From NCBI RefSeq assembly GCF_037042905.1, contig NC_087252.1, positions 496,001 to 560,000 of the forward strand: 64,000 nt of DNA, read 5' to 3'. Within the stretch, counting starts at the first letter, position 1; every line of letters starts with the position of its first letter. The notes beneath the pieces were generated by a model, which made no database searches, was not told the origin of the DNA, and saw only the letters and a list, made by a program, of their open reading frames with translations. Source of the DNA: Lytechinus pictus (Eukaryota). Shown here one piece after another: positions 21,699-36,351 of this stretch. Made by a program: the position numbers and the translations under genes.

Positions 21699-24600
21699 TG
21701 TCATCAAAGACAAAGATTACAAATATCTTTTCAATTATTTTTTGTAATGTTAGCTGCAAGCAAATTTAAATGATTCTGTGTGCATTTGCATTTTCCTATG
21801 AATTCTAAAAGGTTTCTAATTAAACATAAACAATACAGATGATAATATGTAGTAAGCGATAATACTGATCAATAATGTACATGTATGTAAATGTATAACT
21901 GAAATCCAATGCCATATAGCAATGTACATGTAGATGTAGTTGTAATTGATACTATTCCAAAAGAAACAAATTAATGAATTTTAAAGCATGAAACTTATGT
22001 GGAATATTTTTTGTCAAAAATTCATAACTCCAATTTAGCATAGTATAACTTTTGAACGTCCCTATTAAATAGCTTCATGTAGCACATTTTTGTTCCCGCA
22101 TATATTAATTCTTTAAATTTATGGATCTTAATCAGCTCAAAAAGTGACTGTCGTTTTATCACTGTAAATGCTTACATCGTGAAATGAGTGATGGATACAG
22201 TAAATTTAAGGTGTTAAAATGATGGGCGATGAGGAATATTTGGCTTATCTATTCATGAATAAGACACTTCTTTCTCCCTCTCCTTGATCTGTTATCTGTA
22301 TGCGTCTCTTAAATTGACCATGCAGTACCAGCCCAATATAAAGCTAATTAACTCCTTTAAAATGCATTTGAAGATTTTAAAACATGATGTATGTATCCCA
22401 TGCTTTTGTTGTTGATAAGATTTTACTTATATATTCAGAATGTATTAATTGGCAATAGTGCAATTTTCAAAGTAAAATATTTATGTTACGCAATAAGTGG
22501 ATATTGTGTGTTTTGTTCTGTAAACCCAGTATGTATATCAGGAGCTGCATATTTGGAAGTGGGTGTAGAGGGGGGGGGGGGGGGGCTGCAAGAAATTACA
22601 ATCAGATGGTAATTTCTGTATGTTTTTGTACACGGTTTTATTTTGGAAAAGTGTGTGTGGGGGATGGGCTAACATCGTTGGCTGATAAATGTTGTCCTCT
22701 ACACCAATCCACATCACAACTTTTCTTGTGCATTTGACCCTTTTTGGAGGGGGAGGTCAGTTTGGAGGTGGTCATTACTGAAGATTGTCATGGAAGCTTT
22801 TAGAAATATAATGCAGAAATCTGGTGAACTGTCAGAGGGAAAATGCAATTTACAAAATCTACAGACCCAATCTAGATATCGATCATATTCCTTGTAAAAT
22901 CCATGATTTGTTGTTATTATTGGAATTGGAAAGAAAAAGAATAGGATTATGAATCATTTAAATCGTAACATTGGAGAGCAGATTGCAGGAGACTTCACAT
23001 GCATTAAACTTTAAAGAAATTATAACTCTGTTGTTTCACTGACAAACTATCGTTTTGTAATGATAAATGAAGAAAACCAATTTTGACGTCATAATTTTAC
23101 ATTTATGGAGAGGATTTCTCTCTGCATAGATCAATAATGACGCACATGACCCCCTCTCTACTTTCACTTGGTATTTCAGACCTAAATGACAGGAACACAC
23201 TAAAAAGTCAAGTCAATCTTGACGTTCATATGCCATAATAATCAACATAATGATTGTGGGCATTAACGGGAAACGCATTAACGGAAAACGGAAAGACAAA
23301 AGTTAACACTGAAAAGGTCCTGGAAATTGAAGTGAAAATATATATTGAAAATATATACATAATCATGATAATGGGGATCAACTTTGGTTTCATCTATCAG
23401 ATGAAAGTATATTTTTTTTACAGTTTCTCATTTTATGGTCGATGGAAATAATAATAATTATTTTGTGCAAATCTTTTTCACAAACCTTCTTCAGAGTAAG
23501 TGGTGCTTACTAAAGTTGAACGTTTGTCGACGGCCATGAAAAGAGTCCTGTATCAATACATAAATGTGGAAAAAAATCAGGAAATTGCAAATATATAATT
23601 TTATAGAATTTTTTCAAAGTGTAAACTTTTTTGATACGCATTGTAGAATGCTTTATTAAGATGCAGTATGTTTGCTCTGAGAGATATCATATTCCGCTCT
23701 TCCTTATAGTTTCATTTCCTTTTTCTACAGTTTTGCGGCAAACCTCCGAATTCAGTTAGAAGATTAAATTCTAAAAGGGGGAGTGTATATGATATTTTGG
23801 ATCCCTCTTTAATGACATTGATTCAAACCACAAAATATGATCCCATTGTGTTGACTGTTTTGAATTCCAACAGTGCCGGTTCGGGGGGGGGGGGGCGGCA
23901 CATCCGGCCCCCCCCCCCTTGAGAGGCAACAAAAGTATTTTTAGAGGATTTAGAGGATTTTTAAGTCGTGCATAATTATGCTCGTAAGGACCATTTTTTG
24001 GCTTGCCAAGTTTTTCCTACAAAAAAAAAATGGCCTCGATTTGGCGGTGAAAACCATTTTTTTTTGCTTGTCAAATTGTTCCTGTACAAAATTGCCTCCA
24101 CCCCTTGCATATCCTGGATCCGCCCCCGAATTTCAAATACAGTTCCGTTGTGTTTTCAAGCTTGAGAAATGACGGTTGGATGGATATAGAGTACAAAAAT
24201 ATATCATTCAATTCATAAACTATGCAGTATGCACATTACGTAACGCCAATTGAACATTATTTTATTAGAGAAGTAATGCGCAGCGCGGTGATCAGACCCG
24301 AATGAAACTACAGGGTAAAAAATTGTTTACCTCCAAACGTGCCCGACAAATGTAGCTCCATTGGATATTTGGGCATGATATTTGATGCCATTGGTGATAG
24401 CATGGACCTATAGCGACACATTAAAACAGCAACGAACCAGCAATATTTAATAGCGCCACCTCAGGTTCACAACTACTCACATCTTGCCAGTGTATTACAG
24501 TCATCTGAGATGTGCAGTCTTGTGATAAGGCACATTTGAATGATAACATACTAATTCACCGCTGAATACAACTAATTATATTATATTACAACTAATTACA

Positions 24601-25254
24601 TTATATTACCAGGTACTGGAGTAGGAAAACACCTACTTTTTCTCCCGAAATTATTTCAGTTTTTTGTATCAATAATATCATAAAGATGCATATGTATTTT
24701 AAGACTAGTTAATTGGTTATTATCACACAGTCAATGAGAGACCACAAAGTGTTATTCAGTTCGCTCCCCCTTTTAGAATTAAAATAGAGAATGGTAAACA
24801 TTCACAGAAAATAGAGCAAAACGTCAAATGTAACACCATTGAGGCTGGTAGATAGCATCAACAATTATTATTCGTTTAAAGACGCTTGAAAGAGCAAAAT
24901 CGAATGAAATAATTGCCCTTTTACCTCGAAGGCCAATGCTTATACTGGTGTGATAGAAATTAGGGCACAAGCAGTACAACAGGTTTACGTCATTGGAAAG
25001 AGGTGTAAGTGTGTGTGTGTGTGTGTGTGTGGGGGGGGGGGGTTATATAACATTAGTCATAAAAGAAGAAATTCGGGTTTGGTGTCATAACTGTAATAAT
25101 AAAGAAAGGAAAACAGTTTTGACTTCATAATTTTACTTCTTTCTTTTGTACCATAATCGTCTTTGGCAGTGGTCCAGTTTGACCTCGCTATCCCTCTTCA
25201 GTACAATTGGTATAGTCAAACAGTTAACCTTGATGCAGGAAAAATTGTATCGTC

Positions 25255-25600
25255 ACACAGTATGTTCACAGTGTGTTTAGAGTGTGTTCACAGTGAGTGT
25301 GTTCACAGTGTATTCTCAGTGTGTTCATAGTGTGTTCATAGTGTGTTTACAGTGTGTCCACAGTGTGTTCACAGTGTGTTTACAGTATGTTCATAGTGTG
25401 TTCACAGTATGTTCACAGTGTTTTCACAGTCAGTGTGTTCTCAGTGTGTCCACAGTTTGTTCACAGTGTGTTCACAATGTGTTCATAGTGTGTTTACAGT
25501 ATGTTCAAAGTGTGTTCACAGTGTGTTGACAATGTGTTCCCAGTGTGATGACAGTGTGTTGATAGTGCGTCCACAGCGTGTTCACAGTGTGTACTCAATT
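25255..25600. repeat. Minisatellite, ~11-12 bp unit (cacagtgtgtt)
   Basis: Dozens of degenerate tandem copies. Confidence 0.9.
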
Positions 25601-27149
25601 CTGATGTGATTCACAGTGAGAATTTGGCAGTTTGACGATACTTTCACAATGTGGACCGTCTTTGCCAATGTGAGTACTTACAGTGTGCTCACTTGGTGGA
25701 TTCTGTGGATGTAATATTTCAACTGTGTAAAAATGATTTCTCTCTGTCTGTTCCACACGGTGAACGAAATGTGAATACACATGTAGAAACACTGAATTAG
25801 AACACACTGTGGAATAAACTATTTCTTTTCAGCAAGGGTTGTGTGGCAAATTATAAACTATATATGATTTTTGTAAGATTATTGATATGTATTTCACTGG
25901 ATTCTGTGGCTCTTCATGTATTTGTTAACTTTATCTGGCTTATAAATGGGGAGGGGGCTGGGGGACCTTCGATCATGCCACTTTAAGTTTCACCATAAAA
26001 AAAAATTAAATAAACAAGGAGAAATAAAAGAAAAGGTAAGAAAAGGGGTAAAATAATTATAACATTCCGTTTTGTTGTTAATTTTTTTCTAATCAGTTCC
26101 TTTCCGCTCGGAAGTTCCATCTCTCCTTTGTTATTATATGATTTTGTATCTTCTTTGTCTTGGTTTGTATCTCGTCTTGAATTAAAAAATATGCTATCAT
26201 ATTTTCTTCTCTTTGGGGAGGTAGATTTTCTAGGGCATTGATTCGCCCACGCGTAGCTGCAGTAGAAAGATTGCTACATTATTTCTCCTACCTGTAATTT
26301 AATACTTAACTTGTATTCCGATATTGTCGGGTGTTATCGATTTATCGCCCCCTACGGTGGCCTCGCCGTCACCAAACCGATTACATCGACTGATTTTATC
26401 AATGAAAAGGGAAATTTAACACGTGCTTAAAATGCCAATGTCCTTACAAGTTAGTGACTGTATACTGTAAGACGGATTTAGAAAAAATACTTTGGGGCGT
26501 CGGGGAATATTTATGGCTCAAATTTAGCCGCAATTCATCCGTATAACTATGAAATCGATTGTTGCCAGTTTGGAATTTCGATTAGGCCTGCCGGGAGGCG
26601 ATATCTAAAAATAACAAGAAATTGTTATGATTTTATCATCACTGACGTACAGAGGGAGGAGGTGGCGCTTGGGGTGGGCCATGGACCACCTCCCCCACAA
26701 GACAAAGAAATCAAAATGAGGACAAAACATAGAAAATAAAAGGAAAATCGGTTAATCATAATTGTTTATAGAATGTCATGTCAGAATTCATAATAACAAA
26801 ATATTTTTGTACCAAAAAGGACAAACATTTTGCTCGCCTGCTTCGATCACTCGCAGCTTGTTGGAAATGTTTTCCCCTTACGCCATATCCGACCCCCTTC
26901 AAATGTGTTACGCCACTTCTTATGGTTATTCAAGTCGTAAAGCAAAGAGAAGAGTAGGAAAAGGCGAAGAAGGGAAGAAAAAAGAAAGAAAGGTGAAATA
27001 TTGGCCGAGTAAATCTATCATAATTTTACCTGGATGAATTTCAAATCTAACAGAAAATTAGAAAGGTATTTTTTCCCCAATGAAATATAATAAAAATTCA
27101 TGTAACAAAGTGCCAATCGATGCAGGGGTTGCGACTATAGGGGACTCTT

Positions 27150-27370
27150 CGTCATCATCATTACCATCACCACCACCACAACCACCATCATCATCGTCAT
27201 CATCACCATAATAATAATCACCATATCATCATCATCATCATGATCATCATCAACATCATTATCATCATCATCATCACCACCATTATCATCATCACCAACA
27301 TCATCATCACCACCACCAACACCACCATTATCTTCATCATCATCTTAATCGTCGTCGTCATCGTCGTAAG
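27150..27370. repeat. (CAT/CAC)n microsatellite
   Basis: Direct inspection. Confidence 0.9.
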
Positions 27371-29041
27371 CAACCTCAATAAAAATAAAATCACATCATC
27401 TAAAAAAAGATTGCAGCAACACCTCAACATCAGGGGCTCCGCCAGATTTTACAGGGAAGTGGGGGGGGGGGGGGGTGGGCTGGTAGCAAGGAGACCTATT
27501 TTCTCAATTGAACATGGGAGTTATGCTCTTATTACTTCGCTCTCACCTTTTTTCCACTTTCCCTTTCATTTTTCACTTAAAAAATCAAAGGGGCCATCGG
27601 TCCCTTGCCCCCTCCTATCCTGAAGTGACGCCCCTGCTCAGCATAATAATCGCCATCATTATAATGGGGCTGTCTTCGATACTGTTATTTCATGTGATCC
27701 TCTACAAAGTTTAGAGTACCGGCTATTTTGGGCATCATTTACACCACCTCACCTCAATCCTATCTGATCTTATCATCCACGAAAAAGGTTTTTATTACTA
27801 TAGCTGCAGCTTTCACGTTAGTCTGGGTCGGAGCCTCTCACTCCATACCAGCTCAAGGGGGAACTCCAGGATAAAAAAAATGTATGATTTGTATTGAAAA
27901 AAAAATACGCAAACAGCAAATAAAAAATTGATTTATAAATAGAGTTTATTCGAAATCGGCCACCCGTGTGTGAATACTGGAGTGACTTTCGGGGGAAAAA
28001 AGAAAGATACGATACGAAATATGTAATTATCAGATAATACACAAAATAACGGATAATGAAATAACCAATAAAACCACTTTTCTAGCTGCGAGTCACTGTT
28101 ATGATAATGGAGTGTTAAGACATGATTTGAATATGAAATAGTTTTAAATCTAGGTACTTGCTCAAAAAGATAATATGTGAATATTTCACTCGCCTTTTAT
28201 TCCCTTTGGTAGTGACGTCAATGATTACTCAATTTGGAGTGAATTAAGAGTGAACATACGAACGTTTAACACAGATCTCACTTCAAAAAGGGTAAAATTC
28301 ACTCAATAACAATTGAAAGTCAGTGGAGTAAAATCTACTCATCCCCGGGGGAGAAAGTTATTAATTCGATTTGTTGAGAGAACATTCTAGTTTCTATTTT
28401 ATTAGCCTGTTTAATTTAATTATAGATATTCTTGCTTGGCGACTGCGAAGACACACAAACAAGGGTAACTCAAAATCATACCCGTATTGGAGGACTTCAG
28501 TATAACAGATCGATAATGATTATGTTTCTAATCCCCAAAATATTAAAAAATTAATGTACGCTTAAAATTGCCGAAATAGGCCTAAAGCCCCTCCCCTAAA
28601 AAGGGGGGAAAACAATTAAAAAGCAAAAATTCAATAAAAACCAAATAAAGTCGTGCTTTGGCATAAAATCTTGTTTTAAATGAGTCTTATGATAATTTTA
28701 TTACAGTAGTATCATCATGATTATAGCCATACAGACAGTTCATTGTAAACCGTTTCATCTATATCCATTCATCTTTACGTCCAATCAGATCCTTCAAAAA
28801 TATAGTTGATTCTTCAACGTGAGTGTGCATGTATTCGCTGGATGTGGTATACTAGATGATATCCCGTATTCCACATGTGGTGATATGTCGGGTTAACCTC
28901 GGGAAATCACAATGTGCATTATAAAAGCTCGATATTGTCATTGAGTTATCGACCCGTTCCGTAAAGGAACCCATTGTCCCATTCGTGAAGCCTTTTGGAA
29001 TTAGAGAATTCAGTAGATAAGTGTTGATTGTAGAGTCCTGA

Positions 29042-29737
29042 TCATACACCGATCCCTCGGATGGCCATCACAGCCGAAGGTCCCCTGAAACATCCCTTAA
29101 GCCGTCCTTGTAAATCACACACGCAAACAAGACTAGCAGAAGCGAAGCACATACGAGATTTACCTGAAGAAAACAAATGATAGTGATGTATTATTAGTGA
29201 TGATGAATGTAAATGATCATCAATAATAACAACAACCACTGTGTTACCACACTACATCTGACATGATATGATTAAGCCCCCTACCTGAATACACCAGTTA
29301 CTGCTATACTACTACAACTATCACCACACCTACTGCTACTACCTATAAGAACAGCAGCAACAACAATAGTAATAATGATAAAAATAATAATTATTATGGT
29401 AATGAAGATTGATGATTATAATGATGATAACAATAATAATGATAATGATAATAATAATGATAATACTAATAATATTTCATTTAGAGGCATATGAAATCGT
29501 GAAGTTAAAAAAAATTGATAAGCAATTTTCTTCTCGAATCAACACTATTGCATTACCTGATAATAAAGGATTTCTCCTTTCTGGTTGATGGCCCCTTGTT
29601 TCGACTTCAAACTGTGTTCTATCAGGCTCGCTCAGTGATAGTGCATTGAGATGATATAAAGGTGAGGCTGACACACGTGGTAATATGATAGTTAATGAGA
29701 CAAAACAGAGGACGAGGATGAATAGAGGATGTGACAT
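29042..29737 (-). CDS. Predicted 100-aa secreted prepropeptide; coding exons 29557-29737 and 29042-29163
   Basis: Acceptor tttctcttttctcctccctgtacag| before acaATG; signal peptide MSHPLFILVLCFVSLTIILPRVSA; phase-1 donor TCAG|GTAATG matches acceptor ttttcttcag|GT; 303 nt in frame; AATAAA at 28697-28702 on the minus strand. Confidence 0.72.
29340..29475. repeat. (AAT/GAT)n microsatellite in the intron
   Basis: Direct inspection. Confidence 0.8.
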
Positions 29738-30787
29738 TGTGACGTCAGAATAGGGACCTGTACAGGGAGGAGAAAAGAGAAACGGGAATCCCAAGTGTAT
29801 ATTATAAGCGCTAGTATGCGATAAGCCAAATCTGATCTGGGTTCCATTTCATGAATGTTGTTATACTAGCAACTCTTGCTGAAGTACAAACTTTCAATGA
29901 AACAGCCAATCAGGAAGCAGAATTTTCACTGCTGCCATGGGAGTTAATTTTCCAGCAAGAGTCACTATTATATCAACTTTTTATGCAATGGGGCCCTGGT
30001 CGCATTTAATTTCACACAAAAAAAATACAGATCTACAATACTCTTTGGCGGATTATCGTCTAATCTCCAATCACTGGCGTAGTGGCTTGGGGGTTATGGA
30101 CCCCCAAATATTCTACGAACAAGAAAAAAAAAAAAAAAGAAAGAAAAGGAACGGAAAATGATGATAATATAATTTCCTAAAAATTATATCAAATTGAAAA
30201 TCTATCACAAAATTAGATGTTAGTACTGAAAAAGTCAAAATTCGGGCTCGCTCGCTTCGCTTTTCCCCATACCTCATGTCTGACCCTCTCAATTTCAGTG
30301 GCATTATGAGTCAAAACTATACAGGGGCAAGATATGACGTATCAAGCAAACTTTATAAGAGTTGTGAGCGAGCAAAAGTTATGACTTTGTTTAGTACAAA
30401 ATCCAATTTTGTGATACATTTTTACATAATATTCAGAAAATATTATCACATTTCACCCTTCTTTCTTCCCTCTTCTTTCCTTTTTTCTCTCTTTTTTGTG
30501 TGGGGGGGGGGGCAAAAGCCCCCAATTTGTACGCCCGGCACTGCTTTAATTACCAAAGAGACGAAAATATACGTTCACCAAGCAGTGATGTGCAGAAAAT
30601 ACTGCCATAAGAACCATACCTCGGTCACATTTGCTCTACGTGTAACGGTGGCCGTACGGCGAGTCGAAAACAACCGTTTTATTCATCTTTATTCAAACCA
30701 CCATTATGTAGCTGGTACAATTTTTTTAAACGGCTGTTTTCGACTCGCCGTATACTACCGCCTCAGAGCATGTGACCGAGGTATTAA

Positions 30788-31391
30788 AGGTCAAGTCCAC
30801 CCCACAAAATTGTTGATTTGAATTGATAGAGAAAAATCAAACAAAAATAACGCTGCAAATTTCATCGAAATCGGATGTAAAATAAGAAAGTTATGACATT
30901 TTTAAGTTTCGCTTATTTTTCACAAAACAGTTCAATGCACAACTCAGCGATATGCAAATGAGAGAGTCGATGATGTCCATCACTCACTATTTCTTTTGTT
31001 TTTTATTGTTTGAATAATACAATATTTCAATTTTTACAGATTTGACAATAAGGATCAACTTAATTTAACCATAAAATGTTAAATTAATGGTAATTCCACA
31101 TGTTCAGGGAGAAATAAAACTTTGTGTCACTTGATGAGGAGGAGAAAATTAGAATATTTCATATTTCATATAATAAAATACAAAAGAAATAGTGAGTGGG
31201 TGACGTCATCAGTCTGCCAATTTGCATACCGACCAGGATGTGCATATAACTGTTTTGTGAAATTAAGCGAAACTTTAAAATGTCATAACTTTCTTATTTT
31301 ACATCCAATTTTGATGAAATTTTCAGTGTTTTGCTTGTTTGATTTTTCTCCTTTTTTTCAAATCAACATTTTGTTGGGGTGGACTTGTCCT
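30788..31391. mobile_element. Kolobok-like MITE with TTAA TSD
   Basis: ttaa-aggtcaagtccacccca ... tggggtggacttgtcct-ttaa; long imperfect TIRs. Confidence 0.85.
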
Positions 31392-32565
31392 TTAATGCTG
31401 ATATCATAAGTGAGCCAAAATTTGATTAAAATTATTTATTTTTTATTCTTCTTTTATCAAAGGGAAGGTCCCTGCTCGGGGCAAAAACACAGATCAGCGG
31501 ATTACATTTACATCGTGAAATGCGCGCTAACAGCCGGTGCAGACTCGGCTTCGCGTTTACACGGAGAAAAAATTGCAGTGGCTGCACCGTGAGCCGGTGC
31601 AAGTCAATCGCGTTTACACGCATAAAAAAGGCGAGGCTGCACTGGCTCTCGAGTCTGCACCGCCAGCAGATGCAGTGTGTAAACACGGTATATAATAGCT
31701 GTGATCGGCCTGGAGCCGGTTTCTTTGGTGAGACTGTATCATAAACCATTAATCATTGACTCTCGGTCATTCACCGTGCGACCCGATTGAATAGCGCTAA
31801 CCACATTCTCTCCGCGAATAGAGCGGGAAAGAATATACATCTCTATATGTATGTTGTCACCATTTATTTGATTGTTATCACTCAATTGATTAAGGCCAAT
31901 CGTCTTTTGATGAGTAGAGTCCTCTCACAATCAACTTCTCCCTTTAGAAAATAATAAACAGCTGTGAAATTAACCTCAATAACCATAAGCCCGATTGAAT
32001 TTAGATTCTCATTTGATTTTAATTTAAGGCAAACTATAAAAGTCAATATAAATCGCAGTTTTATTCTGGGGGACTTGTTTGTCTGCGGAAGTTGTTATTC
32101 CCTCTGCTCGGCACATTCTTGCAAAAGCCAAATAGTATTTTCACTGAATTCACATGCATTTTTATCAATTTTTTAGTTTCTCTTTCCCATTTATTTATTT
32201 TTAGCATTATTTTTGTAAACAATATTCGTTATTTACATTGACTTTCTATCTAAAATCTTGTTAATTCTTATCAGTAATTTTGCTTGAATACCTGATTTAC
32301 GACTACACGTACATACGAAATGAAGTGATGAATGATGTGAAAAAAATAATAAAGGTGATGTTTAGAGTATAGAAGAATGGTAAATATTGCTCTTTTGCAA
32401 GTTGTAGATAAGTTTATTACTATAAAAACGAGTAAATAATAACACAAACTTGGATCGATCCCTCCTGTTCAATCTATATTTGAAGGTAAATGTTGAGCAA
32501 TATTCAACCTTGAAGTGAAAAGATTTTGTAAATATCTCGACCTGTAGACTCACGTTTACCAATTA

Positions 32566-32762
32566 CACTCTAAAAAACGAAGAGATACGAAGAGCTAATT
32601 TAGGTCTTAAAGAGCGTGTATAGTGACTGCACTTCGGAGTGCTGATTTTTCTCGTTCAAATTTGAACTAGACAATTTAATGAGCGCTCCGAAGTGCAGTC
32701 ACTATACACGTTCTTTAAGAGCTAAATTAGCTCTTCGTAGCTCTTCGTTTTTTTTTAGAGTG
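32566..32762. mobile_element. CACT-terminated (EnSpm/CMC-like) foldback MITE
   Basis: ta-cactctaaaaaacgaagag ... ctcttcgtttttttagagtg-ta; arms about 80 bp. Confidence 0.8.
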
Positions 32763-33437
32763 TACCATCTGAATCAAGGCCTAACCTTTAATCTCTTATT
32801 GCAGTTTTTCAGGCCTTTTCCATCTTTCTGTGATTATCATAATAGCCTCCTTTACTCTAAATCGTAAACTCACCGTCATCAATTTTCGTCTTCATCCTCC
32901 CCTTCTCTTGATTACTTCTACCAAAGGGTTACCCTTAAACATCCCCGTATTTGTTTCCTTCATGGATACAAAGACAGTGTGATGAATCGAGTACTTAAAA
33001 CCTTTTCATCGTATACTCCTTCCCCCTCTCGCTATAATGACGTAATGAGGGTCATCTTTTATCTGCCCCTCAAGTCTCTAGCCCTAGTCGCCCCCGGGGT
33101 CGCCCCCCTCTCTCTCTCTGCATCCCGCTTCCTTTACCCCCCTCTCTATCTTTCTAGCACACAGTCTTTCTTTCTTTCTTCATAATACGCAGTTCCTCCT
33201 GGAAATTAGGTTGGTATGTCCTTCCCCTTCGTATTACTGTTTAGAGCAAACGTATTTTTATTTCCCCCCTTTTGCAGGTCATTTTTTCTGACCAAAATCC
33301 TCTTCATTTTGGAGTGGAACCCCTTTTTTTATTGAGGGGGGGGGGTGTTAACAAAGTAGCAGTCCTCTTGAATAGTCGTTCCCATGCCCATGCTCTCCTT
33401 ACATTTATTATACAAATCCAACCATTTCTTAATCCAG

Positions 33438-33596
33438 GGGGCCGTTTCATAAAGCTATTCGTAAGTTAAGAGCGACTGGTGAACCTTTCTTACGCGCTTA
33501 ACCATCGCCAATGAATATTACAATTACCAAAAGAAAGGACCACCAGTCGTTCTTAAAGCAGCTCTTAACTTACGAGCAGCTTTATGAAACACCCAC
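33438..33596. mobile_element. PIF/Harbinger-like MITE
   Basis: gccgtttcataaagct ... agctttatgaaacaccc with CAG flanks. Confidence 0.75.
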
Positions 33597-34584
33597 CAGG
33601 TCTTCTTTAATCAGCATCATCTTTTAGGTTGAGGCAGAAGATTTATTCATTTTCCATCTAAATGCATCGAGGTTTGATATAGAGGTAAACTTTCGCATCC
33701 GGGGTTTATTCCTACTAATTATTACTCAAGGGAGATCCATCTTTTAAGCAAGACTGATCTTCTATAAAGCCTGCATCCATCAACATCTCAACTCAGTTTG
33801 CAGTGGGGGTGGCAGGGCGGGGAATGGGAGGCACATAATACCCCGAGCGGGTGCCAGTGAAAATGCGATTAACATTTACTTTTAACAATCTGAATACTTT
33901 AGTTACATTTTCAAGACTGTAATCAATAGTGTTTTGATTTCAAAATTAGAATCGAAAGTAACTACAACTACGACTACTACATTTACCTACTGCTGAATAC
34001 AATACTATATAGGTTAAAGGTTATATATCATGCATTATTTGAAGAAGAAACGTATAGACAAATAAAGAAGACAACTCATGCACACGCCATGCCCATCAAC
34101 TTAAACTACGAAAGGGGATATAGGTTAACATTTACCTACTGCTGAATACAATACTATAGGTTAAATGATACCAGTTGTATAAAGTTTTAAACAACTGTTT
34201 TAAAACTTTAACCAATTAAAAAAGAAGTTAAAACAACTTGTTGTTAGAGTGACAGACTTAAACCTTTTTAATTTCAATGTTTATTAATTACGATTTTGAC
34301 ATTTACAGTCATCTTAAACTTTTTATTTATTCATTGAAGATGCAGTTTTGTACCTATGTATTTTCTCATCGTATATAAGATCCCGTGATTTGATATCACT
34401 CTAGAAAACAAACTGTAAAAAATATACAAAATTATACGTCCTATTTCTACCTCCTCAATTTTACTTCCTATCTTCCCAACTTTCAACTCAACTTTCCTCC
34501 CCTCCTTTGCTCCCCCTCTTTCTCTCTCTTTCATATCTTATTTTCTCTGCACCCCCCTCAAATCAAACAGTTCTTGCTCTAATG

Positions 34585-34856
34585 CCCCTTTCGCAGTTTA
34601 AGTTGATGGGCATGGCGTGTGCATGAATTATCTTCTTTATTTGTCTATACGTTTCTTCTTTAAATAATGCATGATATATTATGTACTATTTATCTAGGCG
34701 AGTTTGTTTATAGGGATCGTATAACTTTTTTGATTTGTTAACAATTACTTAATTATGTGACTTATTATCATGTTTATACTATTATTTTAAAAAGATTCTG
34801 AAATACAGCCTTTGGCTGCTACTGATTTTTCTTTAGATAAAACATTACCATTACCA
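34585..34856 (+). mobile_element. Probable LINE 3' end fragment
   Basis: Ends gaaatacagcctttggctgc...cattaccattacca, a hairpin plus short tandem tail. Confidence 0.5.
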
Positions 34857-36205
34857 AAATGAAAGCTTCTGCTTGGTGATAGAAACTTGTAATTTTCTTC
34901 ACAGAGAGTAAAATTCATTGTTCCGTAAACAAATAAATGAATAGATTAATAACAATAAATGAATACGATAGATAATTGACTGAATAATGAAATAAAAAAA
35001 ATAACATTAATAATAATTAATAAATAGATGAATAAATAAAATATATCAATAAACAAAAATGAATAATATAAATGTTGAAGAAATAGAGCTAAATCACTGG
35101 GGAAATATAAATATATCAGTAAGAGGCGCAACTGAGATGAGGTTTTGATAATCAAAATGATGAATGAAAGAAAAAATGAACACATTGATTAATAAATTCA
35201 ATACATTTAGATATAAACGAATGGTTAATAGATGCATGAAAAGTTATGGAAGAATAAATCATGAAATAATAATTAAATGAAATGAGAATAATCATCATAC
35301 TTTATTCTCAAAATAGGGACTTGATCGCTAAAAAAAAAAATCCTCTAAGTTGTACACAGCAAAAATGCTGGCTAAAATTTCTTTCCAACCCGGCGCTGCT
35401 TACTATATGAACCTTAAAATAGTACCTTTTCGGTTTAAACAAGTGTTTTAAAATATTAGGATCTAGTTTTAATATTTAAAGGGGGAGCTAACTTTGTGTG
35501 GTCTCTCATCGACTGTGTGTTATGAATACATAGTCTTAAAATATACGTTTTCAGATATCTACCAACTGACCAATACTACAGAGAATAAATTGACCTATAA
35601 TTGTATATGTATAGAGAAACTAAAATGTTCTTAGAGGATAAGTAATTGTTTGCTCCTTGGTGACATAATTATTGCGGTATAAAGGTATTGAGTAGTTAAT
35701 TAGCATGTTATCATTCAAGTGGGTCTATATAACTAGACTACACCAGCATTATGGGCAGGAAACTGGTCAGGTATGACAAGTTGAGGACTCGAGATGGCGC
35801 TACTGGTTCGTATCTGTATAGTTCTTACTAAATCAAGCGTGGTTGTTTAAATTGTTAAACAACGTTATAGTAAACAGCGTTGTATGATATTTCAACCAGC
35901 TTTACTGTGTAAGTGCCCTCCTGAAAGCTGGCTACGCCACTAATAATTATGCACCATTACCCAAAGATGAGAAAGGTTAATGAAAGAAACGACTAAACGT
36001 CTTAAAAATAGGACACCTAAATGACAAATCATTATAATCAGGAGATAAGAAAGACCTTTCCATCTTTCTTATATACTATATAGAGCAGAAGTACTTTCAT
36101 CGTGCGAGTCAATAATTATGCACATTCACTAGAAGTAAATGGATTAAAAAAACCGAACGATGATGTGCGCGCCAGTTGTAATAACGCATTAGCTTTGATC
36201 GGTCT

Positions 36206-36351
36206 GGGGTCCGTTGCAGAAAGAGTTGCGTTTAAACGCAAGTCAAAAATCAATCGCAAGTCCCAAATGCGCGCTGTTGATTGGTTGAAAATCAAGTTAC
36301 GCATGATTTTTAGAGATGCGATTGATTGCAACTCTTTCTGCAACGGGCCCC
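36206..36351. mobile_element. Palindromic MITE (second copy at 38990-39602)
   Basis: ggtccgttgcagaaagagttgcg ... gcaactctttctgcaacgggcc. Confidence 0.8.

Noticed and set aside
25255..25600. Regular short repeats as a possible CRISPR-like array or Cys-rich ORF
   Set aside because: Head-to-tail minisatellite with no unique spacers, in a eukaryotic context
26090..26610. Exon-like minus-strand sequence with acceptors
   Set aside because: All frames hit stops quickly; no recognisable homology
27218..27623. Poly-I/M ORFs (also 14170-14693, 41477-41740, 47457-47868)
   Set aside because: Microsatellite translations
30276..30821. 181-aa ORF
   Set aside because: Runs across unrelated repeat fragments and a G homopolymer; no domain
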